Below, in pieces: positions 51,389-64,000 of a stretch of DNA of 64,000 nt. The notes under the pieces are model-generated. The model saw nothing but the letters and a program-made list of their open reading frames with translations. It ran no database searches and was not told the DNA's origin. The translations under genes were made by a program, and so were the position numbers. This DNA comes from Octopus sinensis (Eukaryota), in contig NC_042999.1 in NCBI RefSeq assembly GCF_006345805.1, positions 5,890,001-5,954,000 on the forward strand, read 5' to 3'. Numbering within the stretch: position 1 is the first letter of the stretch; the number at the start of each line of letters is the position of its first letter.

Positions 51389-51852
51389 TATATATTCATT
51401 ATATATATGAAAAACTGACATTAAAGAATGAGATATATATATATAGAGTGATAAAAAATCTACAGATGGGGAAGGACCTTCTAATACCATGTTCTTAATG
51501 ATGAAATTAACCTCTCTGCCTATATATCTACCCTCATTGTAATGTTGGCAAATGAAATAAGTATGAGAATGTGCATTGTCCATTTAATTAAAAAAAATTC
51601 TATATGTGGCTGAAGATTGCTCTACATTTTAAAACTGATGTAATACTTACAGTGTTTAATAAAATGAAGTAGCATGAAACGATTGTAGTACACTACATTG
51701 GATAGTCTTGTTACTTATTTTGATTATAATCACCCCATTTGATTTATATGGATAATACCATACAAAATTCTGGAGCCTTTGACTTAAGTACCATATTCAT
51801 CTGAATCTAAATTTTGCTGTACTTATATATATATATATACACACATATATAT

Positions 51853-52126
51853 ACTGTTGTGTCTGGGGAGGGTCGTTCCCTTTTAGTGCTTTATAATTTA
51901 ACACACTCACCGGTAAAATTTCCACTCATTACCTTCTTTATTTCTCTAAAATTTTCATTGCGTCTTGCAACCTTTTCAATAGTTTTGACTCAAAATTATT
52001 GAAAAGGTTGCAAGACGCAACGAAAATTTGAGAAAAATAAAAAACAGAAGTAAGTGGAAATTTTTACCAGTGTGTGTGTTAAATTATAAAGAACTAAAAG
52101 AGAATGACTCTCCCCAGACACAACAG
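51853..52126. repeat. Imperfect inverted pair of a Penelope pLTR-like repeat between (TA)n runs
   Basis: Arms of about 135 bp around ttttgactcaaaa; a third copy lies at 56543-56790. Confidence 0.75.
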
Positions 52127-52203
52127 AATATACTTCAACACACAAACTCACATAAAGAATCTTGAAAACCAAATCCCAAAACGAAATATATATATATATA
52201 TAT

Positions 52204-53386
52204 TCAGGGTGTGGTGAATAAACTGTTGTCCAAAATACGCAAAAATGAAAATAACACTGACATCTCATTTTAACAGATATATTTACCAAAATTACATAAA
52301 AATATCTTGAATTACTAAAGAGCAAATTTATTCAATAAAATCGCCATTGGCTTCAACCATGGCCTCCAGACGACTTCAGAATCTCCTGCAACTCTTCTGG
52401 ACAGTCTCCTTGTTTAAGTTGGTGAATGCTGCCATAATTCTTTCCTTTGGTTCGTCTTTGGTGTTACAAGGAGTTTTGTTGATCTCTCGCTCAACTGCGC
52501 CCCAATCATAATAATCAAAGGGGTTGCAGTTTGGGGAGTTAGGTGGATAGATGTTAGGGATGATGTGGTTGCAGAAATTGTCTGACAACCATAAGTGTGT
52601 TCTCCTGCTTGTGTGGTATGGTGTAGAGTCTTCCAGCAGCCACCCTCCAGGTACTTGATGTAAGCCTCTGTGTTGAGTCTGAGGCTGTATGGGAAGATGA
52701 ATATAAGCATAACCGTGGAGGTGCAATGACCCAGTGGTTAGGGCAGCGGACTCGCGGTCATAGGATTCCCAGACCGGGCGTTGTGAGTGTTTATTGAGCG
52801 AAAACACGTAAAGCTCCACGAGGCTCCGGCAGGGGATGGTGGTGATCCCTGCTGTACTCTTTCACCACAACTTTCTCTCACTCTTACTTCCTGTTTCTGT
52901 TGTACCTGTATTTCAAAGGGCCGGCCTTGTCACTCTCTGTGTCACGCTGAATATCCCCGAGAACTACGTTAAGGGTACACATGTCTGTGGAGTGCTCAGC
53001 CACTTACACGTTAATTTCACGAGCAGGCTGTTCCGTTGATCGGATCAACCGGAACTCTCGTCGTCGTAACCGATGGAGTGCTTCCATAGGCATAACCTCA
53101 CCATCATTATTAATCATTCCAAACACCACGATGTTGACTGGATGTTTGAGTTTTATCACCTTCAGTACAAGTCTTCAGATTGCACTGTCCTTAAATTGAC
53201 ACCTAAACACTCTGAAATGTTCCTACTGAAGCTTCTGGTGTGAATTGTGTCATGGTGCTCTTTTTCTCACAGACAGTGCCCAACTGACCCTACTATACTG
53301 TGTAGTCAACAAAACTAAAAACAAATGATGCACATGCATGAAATTAAAAATATGAAATGGCAACAATTTACCCATCACATCATGTA
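52204..53386 (-). mobile_element. Tc1/mariner (maT-like) remnant interrupted by SINE D
   Basis: YPPNSPNCNPFDYYDWGAVE motif; degenerate TIRs. Confidence 0.72.
52714..53086 (+). mobile_element. SINE family D copy
   Basis: Near-identical to 8031-8443. Confidence 0.87.
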
Positions 53387-53417
53387 TCTATATATGTGTG
53401 TCTATTTATATATAATT

Positions 53418-53828
53418 ACTCTCTCTTTTTTTACTCTTTTACTTGTTTCAGTCATTTGACTGCGGCCATGCTGGAGCACCGCCTTTAATCGAGCAACTCG
53501 ACCCTGGGTCTTATTCTTTTGTAAGCCCAGTACTTATTCTATCGGTCTCTTTTGCCGAACCGCTAAGTAACGGGGACATAAACACACCAGCATCAGTTGT
53601 CAAGCGATGTTGGGAGGACAAACACAGATACACAAACACATACACACACACATATATATATACACATATACGACGGGCTTCTTTCAGTTTCCGTCTACCA
53701 AATCCACACACAAGGCTTTGGTCAGCCCGAGGCTATAGTAGAAGACACTTGCCCAAGGTGCCACGTAGTGGGACTGAACCCAGAACCATGTGGTCGGTAA
53801 ACAAGCTACTTACCACACACCCACTCCT
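53418..53828 (-). mobile_element. SINE family B copy
   Basis: Family B pattern. Confidence 0.86.
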
Positions 53829-53835
53829 ATATATA

Positions 53836-55725
<1,890 letters not shown>

Positions 55726-55876
55726 CGGTTAAGTATTGAGATTCTAGTGAATTCTAAAGATTCACATGAATATGGTCCTTAACTAGGATGCACCGGAAAT
55801 CTATATGGTGTTAACCATACGACAAGTGGGGTGATTACAAGTGGGGTGATTCCTATATATATATATATATATATAT

Positions 55877-56257
55877 ATACAAAACTATGAGAGAGAATCC
55901 ACTATGTGGACGCTCTTACGCTACATATAGATCTGCAAAGGGAATCCACCACCAAAAAATTGTTCTCAAGAAATAATTCAGCACACCAAGAACGTAAGCG
56001 AGCAGGACAAATGAAAAATAACGAAAATATAGATTAGCCCCATACAAATGTTTCATCGTTAATAAAATTTATTAACGATGAAACATTTGTATGGGGCTAA
56101 TCTATATTTTCGTTATTTTTCATTTGTCCTGCTCGCTTACGTTCTTGGTGTGCTGAATTATTTCTTGAGAACAATTTTTTGGTGGTGGATTCCCTTTGCA
56201 GATCTATATGTAGCGTAAGAGCGTCCACATAGTGGATTCTCTCTCATAGTTTTGTAT
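55877..56257. repeat. Perfect palindrome, 190-bp arms, 1-nt spacer (centre 56067)
   Basis: Arms read as exact reverse complements by eye. Confidence 0.93.
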
Positions 56258-56361
56258 TAATAATTTTTACTGAATCCCAGTCTTTTATACACTAGGCCAC
56301 TTAGTGTTTAAATTGATGTTATTAATTAATATACAATTTTTTCACCCTTATTTTGACTTCT

Positions 56362-56392
<31 letters not shown>

Positions 56393-56501
56393 ACAAAGTT
56401 GAGTTGTGGGGTATCGCACGAGTGGAATTATATACGAAAGAAGGTTTGAAAATGCAATTTAAAAGATGTTTATTTACTTTACCGGTTTCAAACATTCTTT
56501 C

Positions 56502-56545
<44 letters not shown>

Positions 56546-56796
56546 CTGTGTCTAGGGAGTGTCATTCTTTTTTAGTAACTTTTTATTTGACACACACACC
56601 AGTTCAGTTTCCACTCATTTACTTATTCTACTCATTTACTTTTCTATGATTTTCATTGCATCTTGCAACCTTTTCAATAGTCATTGATTCTTCTGTTATC
56701 CGAGCTGCGTTCTTTTTGTTTGTTTGTGCACATGTGTGTGGGTCAGTGTGCATACACATATGTATTTGCAAACCAAATCCCAAAACGAAATATATA

Positions 56797-57190
56797 TACT
56801 CTTTTACTCTTTTACTTGTTTCAGTCATTTGACTGCGGCCATGCTGGAGCACCGCCTTTAATCGAGCAACTTGACCCCGGGACTTATTCTTTTGTAAGCT
56901 CAGTACTTATTCTTTTGCCGAACCGCTAAGTGACGGGGACGTAAACACACACCAGCATCGGTTGTCAAGCAATGCTAGGGGGACAAACACAGACACACAC
57001 ATATATATATATACATATACATATATACGACAGGCTTCTTACAGTTTCTGTCTACCAAATCCAGTCACAAGACATTGGTCGGCCCAGGGCTATAGCAGAA
57101 GACACTTGCCCAAGATGCCACACAGTGGGACTGAACCCGGAACCATGTGGTTGGTAGACAAGCTACTTACCACACAGCCACTCCTGCGCC
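56797..57190 (-). mobile_element. SINE family B copy
   Basis: Family B pattern. Confidence 0.86.
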
Positions 57191-57334
57191 TATATATATA
57201 TATATAATCAAAATCAAAATCAAATTCGATGACTGGTGTCCATGTTAGCAGGGTGCAAAGAGCACCATACGACTGTGATCGTTGACAGATCTAATGATTG
57301 ATTGCTGTTCTAACTGCATTTATCATTCATTTTA

Positions 57335-57880
57335 TTGGGTTGTCCGGAAAGTACGTGCCGATTTTTAAAGGAAAGAAAAAGGCCAATAAATACTTGCCAT
57401 TACATTTTTAGTCAACAAAATATGAACCATTTTGTTGCACAATTCGTCTCCATCTTTCCTTTAACTTGAAAATACCCTCTTCCTAGAATTGAGGTGGTTT
57501 CATGGCAAAGAATTCATCAATGCAACTTTTTACGTTATCCAAGGAATGGAAATTTTTACCATTAATACTATTCTGCAGAGACCTGAATAGATGGAAATCC
57601 GAAGGAGCAATATCTGGTGAATATGGAGGGTGGGGGTAACACATCCCAGCCAAGCTGCAGCAATTTTTATGCTGAAAATAAACTTTCTTATCTTCCATTT
57701 TAAGGGGTTACAGAATTAACACAGGTTATAGGAACATAAACCTTCTTCCACGAAAAGATAGCTTCAACTGTGTTCTAAATGGAAGTGTAGTCAAAGCTTA
57801 TTTTTTGGACTCAACCGTGTTCTAAAATAAGTCGAAAGGTAAGCTACTATAAATCGGCACAAACTTTCCGGACAACCCAA
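57335..57880 (-). mobile_element. Internally deleted mariner element
   Basis: 30-bp TIRs ttgggttgtccggaaagt..gtgccgattt, TA TSDs, HPPYSPDIAPSDFHLF motif. Confidence 0.92.
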
Positions 57881-57956
57881 TATATTTTCACACAGAAACA
57901 TATTTCCTAAAAACAATAATTAATAGAAATTTATTTATTTATTAGAAGTGGTCATA

Positions 57957-58370
57957 GGCGCAGGAGTGGCTGTGTGGTAAGTAGCTTGTTAACCAACCAC
58001 ATGGTTCCGGGTTCAGTCCCACTGCGTGGCATCTTGGGCAAGTGTCTTCTGCTATAGCCCCGGGCGACCAATGCCTTGTGAGTGGATTTGGTAGACGGAA
58101 ACTGAAAGAAGCCTGTCGTATATATGTGTGTGTATATATATATATATGTGTGTGTGTGTGTTTGTGTGTCTGTGTTTGTCCCCCCCAGCATTGCTTGACA
58201 ACTGATGCTGGTGTGTTTATGTCCCCATTACTTAGCGGTTCGGCAAAAGAGACCGATAGAATAAGTACTGGGCTTACAAAAGAATAAGTCCCGGGGTCGA
58301 TTTGCTCGACTAAAGGCGGTACTCCAGCATGGCCGCAGTCAAATGACTGAAACAAGTAAAAGAGTAAAAG
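57957..58370 (+). mobile_element. SINE family B copy
   Basis: Full family B pattern; followed by a family A part (58371-58627) and a B tail (58630-58750). Confidence 0.86.
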
Positions 58371-58804
58371 ACACCATTCGAGTGTGATCATTACCAGTGT
58401 CGCCTTACTGGCACCTGTGCCGTTGGCATGTGTAAAAGATTCGAGCGAGGTTGTTGCCAGCTCTGCCTGACTGGCCCCGTGCCAGTGGCACATAAAAAGC
58501 ACCCACTACACTCTCGGAGGGGTTGGCGTTAGGAAGGGCATCCAGCTGTAGAAACACTGCCAGATCAAGATTGGAGCCTGGTGCAGCCATCAGGTTCGCC
58601 AGTCCTCAGTCAAATCGTCCAACCCATTATTTGTAAGTACTGAGCTTACAAATAATAAGTCCCGGGGTCGATTTGCTCGACTAAAGGCAGTGCTCCAGCA
58701 TGGCTGCAGTCAAATGACTGAAACAAGTAAAAGAGTAAAAGAGTAAAAGTTTTTTATGAAAATGATGTTTAGTTAGAAAGTTTAATCCGGGGACTAATAC
58801 TTAC

Positions 58805-59032
58805 TGTGCAGAGCATACATCTATTTTCATTGCTGCCCCCATAACAACCCAAAATGGAGATCAGAACTATGACGATTGATACGACAAACAGAACACAAGC
58901 ACTGTAGTAAACGGTTTGGTCCGTTAACTGATCGACGATGTGCTTTGGTTTGATGTCACTGAGTCCTTTCAGAAAGATGTCTTTTTTAAAAGCTGCGAGT
59001 GAAGAAAGAGCCATGCCAACAATACCCAGAAT
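58805..59032 (-). CDS. Tetraspanin gene 2, coding exon 2 (ILGIVG...ILGCYGGSNENRCMLCT)
   Basis: tttcag / gtaagt, 228 nt. Aligns without gaps to gene 1 exon 2 (32/76 identical by hand count). Confidence 0.93.
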
Positions 59033-59122
59033 CTGAAACGGGAAAATAAAGTAAATTGATCCAGAAATAGAAATCGTTTAATCGAAGCCGATTGATTTGA
59101 AACAGGTAAAAATGTTACTTAC

Positions 59123-59182
59123 ACCAGTAATGACGCTGAAAGCTATGAGAAAATACCTGAAGGTATTTTCAATCAACGACAT
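59123..59182 (-). CDS. Tetraspanin gene 2, coding exon 1 (MSLIENTFRYFLIAFSVITG)
   Basis: Minus strand: ttttttcag acceptor (exon starts 59199), ATG at 59182, gtaagt donor. 90-nt intron 1, versus 93 nt in gene 1. Confidence 0.88.
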
Positions 59183-59262
59183 GTTGAAATTCTTAGGCCC
59201 TGAAAAAAGGACAAAATCATAAAATTAATTTTTACATATTTTAAGGAAAAATTACTAGGAAA

Positions 59263-59985
59263 GGCGCAGGAGTGGCTGTGTGGTAAGTAGCTTGCTAACC
59301 AACCACATGGTTCCGGGTTCAGTCCCACTGCGTGGCATCTTGGGCAAGTGTTTTCTGCTATAGCGCCGGGCCGACCAATGCCTTGTTGTCAAGCAATGCT
59401 AGGGGAACAAACACAGACACACAAACACACACATATACATATATATACATATATATGACAGGCTTCTTTCAGTTTCCGTCTACTAAATCCACTCACAAGG
59501 CATTGGTCGGCCCGGGGCTATAGTAGAAGACACTTGCCCAAGATGCCACGCAGTGGGACTGAACCCGGAACCATCAGGTGCAGGAGTGGCTGTGTGGTAA
59601 GTAGCTTGCTAACCAACCACATGGTTCCGGGTTCAGTCCCACTGCGTGGCATCTTGGGCAAGTGTCTTCTACTATAGCCCCGGGCCGACCAATGCCCTGT
59701 GAGTGGATTTAGTAGACGGAAACTGAAAGAAGCCTGTCATATATATGTATATATATGTATATGTGTGTGTTTGTGTGTCTGTGTTTGTTCCCCTAGCATT
59801 GCTTGACAACCGATGCTGGTGTGTTTACGGCCCCGTCACTTAGCGGTTTGGCAAAAAGAGACCGATAGAATAAGTACTGGGCTTACAAAAAGAATAAGTC
59901 CCGGGGTCGAGTTGCTCGGTTAAAGGCGGTGCTCCAGCATGGCTGCAGTCAAATGACTGAAACAAGTAAAAGAGAGTAAAAGAGT
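59263..59985 (+). mobile_element. Rearranged SINE B cluster with 190-bp inverted duplication
   Basis: 59385-59574 is the reverse complement of 59621-59810 (one mismatch seen). Confidence 0.86.
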
Positions 59986-60163
59986 AATCACATCATTGAA
60001 ACCTCAAAACTATGAGACAATCCATGATTAATTCAAAACAATGTGAATAAATGGCGGTGCCCCAGCATGGCCACAGCTCATGAGCTGAAACTAGATGAAA
60101 TAAAATAAATAAATGAAATAAATAAGCATTACATTTGACAGAATAATTTGAATGCTAAAGGGT

Positions 60164-60383
60164 TACTCTTTTTACTCTTTTTACTTGTTTCAGTCATTTG
60201 ACTGCGGCCATGCTGGAGCACTGCCTTTAGTCGAGCAAATCGACCCCGGGACTTATTCTTTTTGTAAGCCCAGTACTTATTCTATCGGTCTCTTTTGCCG
60301 AACTGCTAAGTGACGGGGACGTAAACACACCAGCATGTGGTTGGTTAGCAAGCTACTTACCACACAGCCACTCCTGCACCTGA
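60164..60383 (-). mobile_element. SINE B copy lacking its middle segment
   Basis: Tail joined directly to head at ccagcat|gtggttgg. Confidence 0.83.
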
Positions 60384-60559
60384 TTGTATATTTTTAGAAT
60401 GATATTGTAGGATTGGTGTGAGAGGCCTGATCTGGCTGGTTTTAACACAAAACAGATAGAGTATTTGGGCCAGATATGGGCCCTGTTTAAATGCTAAAGA
60501 GTTAAAGAGAAAGAATTCTCACCAAAACAGGATAAAACATTCACAGAACAGAAACCTCT

Positions 60560-61910
60560 GCATGGAAAATATGTGGCCTGTGCCAAACAAGCTGATGTTG
60601 AGCAGAAGCACAACCAACAGCGGCTACGAAACTCAGAGCTTCATCTTATCTGCTCAAGATAAAAATTTATTAATCTAGAACTACCAAGTGAATGTGATGA
60701 AAAATGTAGCAGATCTAAAGTGCCGATTCTGCAATGATATAATTGAAACTGTGAACCCTCTCCCAATCTCTGGATGTAATGTTTTAGCACCAGTGGAGTG
60801 AGTACAAATCAAGACATAACAGAGTTGGCCAATATCTACACCGCTTAATATATTGGCTTTACAAAATCAAAGCTGTTCACGAGTGGTATGATCCCTGAGT
60901 CAGTAACTGAGGGAGAAAATGTAACGATTATTTGGGACTATGAAGGCTTTATCTTGGCTGTTCAAGATCAGAGCTTATTGACCCGGAAGAATCAACTCAA
61001 TGTGATGTAAAATGGTGTAGACCCAAAGTGCTGAAACTGCAACGATGGGATTAAAACAGTGGACCACCTACTCTCTGGGTGTAAGGTTTTAGCACTCATC
61101 ATCAACATCATCATCGTTTAACGTCTGTTTTCCATGCTACACGGGTTGGACGGTTTGACCGGGGTCTGGAAAGCCAGGAGGCTGCACCAGGCTCCATTCT
61201 GATCTGGCAGTTTTTCTACAGCTGGATGCCCTTCCTAACGCCAACCACTCTGTGAGTGTAGTGGGTGCTTTTTACGCGCTACCGGCACAGGTGCCAGGTG
61301 AGGCTGGCAATGGCCATGATCGGTTGGTGTTTTTTACGTGTCACCAGCACAGAAGCTAGTCATGATGGCACCAGCATCAGCTATGTTCAGATGGTGCTTT
61401 TTACATTCCCTGGCACAGTATAAATCAAGGCATAACAGAGTTGGTCAATATCTACATTGGATAATGTGTTGGTGTTATGAAATCAAAACTGCTTACAAAT
61501 GGCACGAGCACCACCCTGGGGATGTAACTGAGGGAGAAAATGTAACTATTCTTTGGGACTTCCCAATATGTATAGACCGGACCAGCAAAGCAAATAAGCC
61601 AGATATTGTTGTGAAAGACCAAATCAATAAAGTCTGTTTGTTGATTGACACGAGCGAACCCAGTGACCATAATATCTCGGCAAAAGAATTTGATAAGCTC
61701 AGAAAATATAAAGATTTGCTAATCGAAATCAAAAACATGTGGCATCTCAAGACGGTTACAATACCAATGAATGTAGGAGCACTTGGAATGATCAAAACAG
61801 GAAGTGAAAATTATTTGAAGATGATCCCTGGCTTACAATCCAGGCAGGAAGTGCAAAAGATTGTCTTAACTGGTACCTCACTCATATTGAGAAGAACAAT
61901 ATCCCTGGGA
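60560..61910 (+). mobile_element. Decayed R4/Dong-like LINE 3' region, partly duplicated, interrupted by SINE A (61098-61405, minus)
   Basis: YKSRHNRVGQYLHW..ILWDF..NKPDIVV..ID..K..KYKDL..VGALG. Confidence 0.83.
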
Positions 61911-61944
61911 ATTTTCTCTCCCTTTTTCCCCCCTTTATTTTCTA

Positions 61945-62480
61945 TACTCTTACTCTCTTTTACTCTTTTACTTGTTTCAGTCATTTGACTGTGGCCATGC
62001 TGGAGCACCGCCTTTAGTCGAGCAAATCGATCCCAGGACTTATTCTTTGTAAGCCTAGTACTTATTCTATCGGTCTCTTTTGCCAAACTGCTAAGTTACG
62101 GGGACGTAAACACACCAACATCGGTTGTCAAGCGATGTTGAGGGCACAAACATAGACACACAGACACACACACATACATATATATATACCCATCCGTTCG
62201 TGTCCGTTGCCAGCCTCGCCTGGCCCCCGTGCCGGTGGCACGTAAAAGCACCATCCGTTCATGGCCATTTGCCAGCTCCACCTGGCACCTGTGCGGGTGG
62301 CATGTAAAAAGCACCCACTGCACTCGCGGAGTGGTTGGAGTTAGGAAGGGCATCCAGCCGTAGAAACACTGCCAGATCAGACTGGGCCTGATGCAGCCTT
62401 CTGGCTTCACAGACCCCAGTTGAACTGTCCAACCCATGCTAGCATGGAAAACGGACGCAAAATGATGATGATGATGATGA

Positions 62481-62519
<39 letters not shown>

Positions 62520-62685
62520 TACGATGGGCTTCTTTCAGTTTCCGTCTACCAAATCCACTCACAAGGCTTTGGTCAGCCCGAGGCTATAGTAGAAGACACT
62601 TGCCCAAGATGCCACGCAGTGGGACTGAACCTGGAGCCATGGGGTTGGTAAGCAAGCTACTTACCACACAGCCACTCCTACGCCT
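61945..62685 (-). mobile_element. SINE B copy with a SINE A (62188-62480, plus) nested in its microsatellite
   Basis: The B tail and head flank an A 3' part, with (TA)n on both sides. Confidence 0.84.
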
Positions 62686-62864
62686 GTTTACTTTTTATTT
62701 TTTATTTTTTCCCTTTTTTTTCTGTTGTTCCTCCCCTTTCTTCTCTATCACATGACTTTGTATATCAACAATCTGGTGTGTTTATTTTAATGGCCTACCA
62801 ATGTATACCGTGCGTTTCTCTGCCCTATGTGTCAGGAAGACATGCAGCAAGAAATGCAAACAGA

Positions 62865-63015
62865 ACTTATTTCTTTATTGCCCACAAGGGGCTAAACATA
62901 GAGGGAACAAACAAGGGCAGACAAAGGGATTAAGTCAATTACATTTACCCCAGTGCATAACTGGTACTTAATTTATCGACCCCGAAAGGATGAAAGGCAA
63001 AGTCGACCTCGGCAA
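62865..63015 (-). mobile_element. SINE family C 3' fragment
   Basis: Family C tail and central motif. Confidence 0.78.
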
Positions 63016-63299
63016 ATGTAAACAGAACTGAAAGATGATAATGACAATAATAATAATAAAAGTGTATATAAGATGGTAATCTCTTATTAGCTCTGCAGCT
63101 ATCAGGATAGATTAGTCTTTATGGCAGTAATCGTTCACTTAGCCTTGGCACTGGTAGAAAGACAGTCAAAGAGCTGATGATGCCAACCATTTCTTTAGTG
63201 TTTTAGAGGTAAGAATGAGTACAATATATAACTGACAAGTTTCTCACTGCCATACGCTTCTTTACTCAAAATCCCAGACCTAAGTCTTTCCATGGTAAC

Positions 63300-63711
63300 A
63301 CTTTTGCTTGTTTCAGTCATTTGACTGCGGCCATGCTGGAGCACCGCCTTTAGTCGAGCAAATCGACCCTGGGACTTATTCTTTGTAAGCCTAGTACTTA
63401 TTCTATCGGTCCCTTTTGCCGAACTGCTAAGTTACGGGGACGTAAACACACCAGCATCGGTTGTCAAGCAATGCTAGGGAGACAAACACAGATACACAAA
63501 CACAAATACACACACACACATATACATACATATACATATACATATATACGACGGGCTTCTTTCAGTTTCCGTCTACCAAATCCACTCACAAGGCTTTGGT
63601 CGGCCCGAGGCTATAGTAGAAGACACTTGCCTAAGCTGCCACACAGTGGTACTGAACCCGGAACCATGGGGTTGGTAAGCAAGCTACTTACCACACAGCC
63701 ACTCCTGCGCC
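63300..63711 (-). mobile_element. SINE family B copy
   Basis: Full family B pattern. Confidence 0.87.
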
Positions 63712-64000
63712 TATAAATAGTTAAAAACAAATAGTCTCTTTGACAACAATAGCAAACATCTATTTACTGCCCAATTATCAACTGGGTTTATAATTAGCTT
63801 CTTTAGGCAAGGTTTTCCACTCCTTGTCGATGGCCATACTGCTGTAGCTAAGAGATCAAGCTGCATACAATTTCATAAGAGAAACCACACACAACAAAAG
63901 CAAAGTCAATCTGCTTGATACTTCAAGTAGGCCAAACAAGTATGGACAAGCTTCTCCTGAAAGAGCACATACGATTGCACAGCCATGATAACTCTCTCCC

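Noticed and set aside
51630-51695. CUGAUG...GAAACGAUUGUA hammerhead-like trace
   Set aside because: Core and stem I are too degenerate to call; probably a decayed pLTR.

Overview
AT-rich, intron-containing animal DNA that is very dense in repeats. The SINE repertoire suggests a coleoid cephalopod such as Octopus (inference from repeat families, not verified). There is a 100-N assembly gap at 26828-26927. I reconstructed two paralogous tetraspanin genes by hand, in convergent orientation. Gene 2 (minus strand, 59182 to 37456) is complete: 7 coding exons, all introns phase-0 GT-AG, 231 aa, with a CCG motif and a very short 4-Cys large loop. Gene 1 (plus strand, 8668-12109) shows only its first three coding exons; its intron 3 is filled by a satellite of at least 14.6 kb that runs into the gap. 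That satellite derives from the internal tandem unit of a SINE and shows a readable history (66-mer to 40+66+56 = 162-bp unit to 40+56 = 96-bp unit). The rest is four SINE families, remnants of CR1, RTE, R4/Dong-like and Tx1-like LINEs, Penelope-like elements, mariner/Tc1, Merlin, piggyBac and Helitron remnants, and microsatellites. The most unusual signals are several minimal hammerhead-ribozyme-like motifs. Some have a compensatory U3-A8 core, and one caps a long rod-like hairpin just inside intron 2 of gene 1. There are also two 190-bp-arm fold-backs. Almost all listed ORFs are repeat artefacts. Repeat boundaries are approximate, set by eye.
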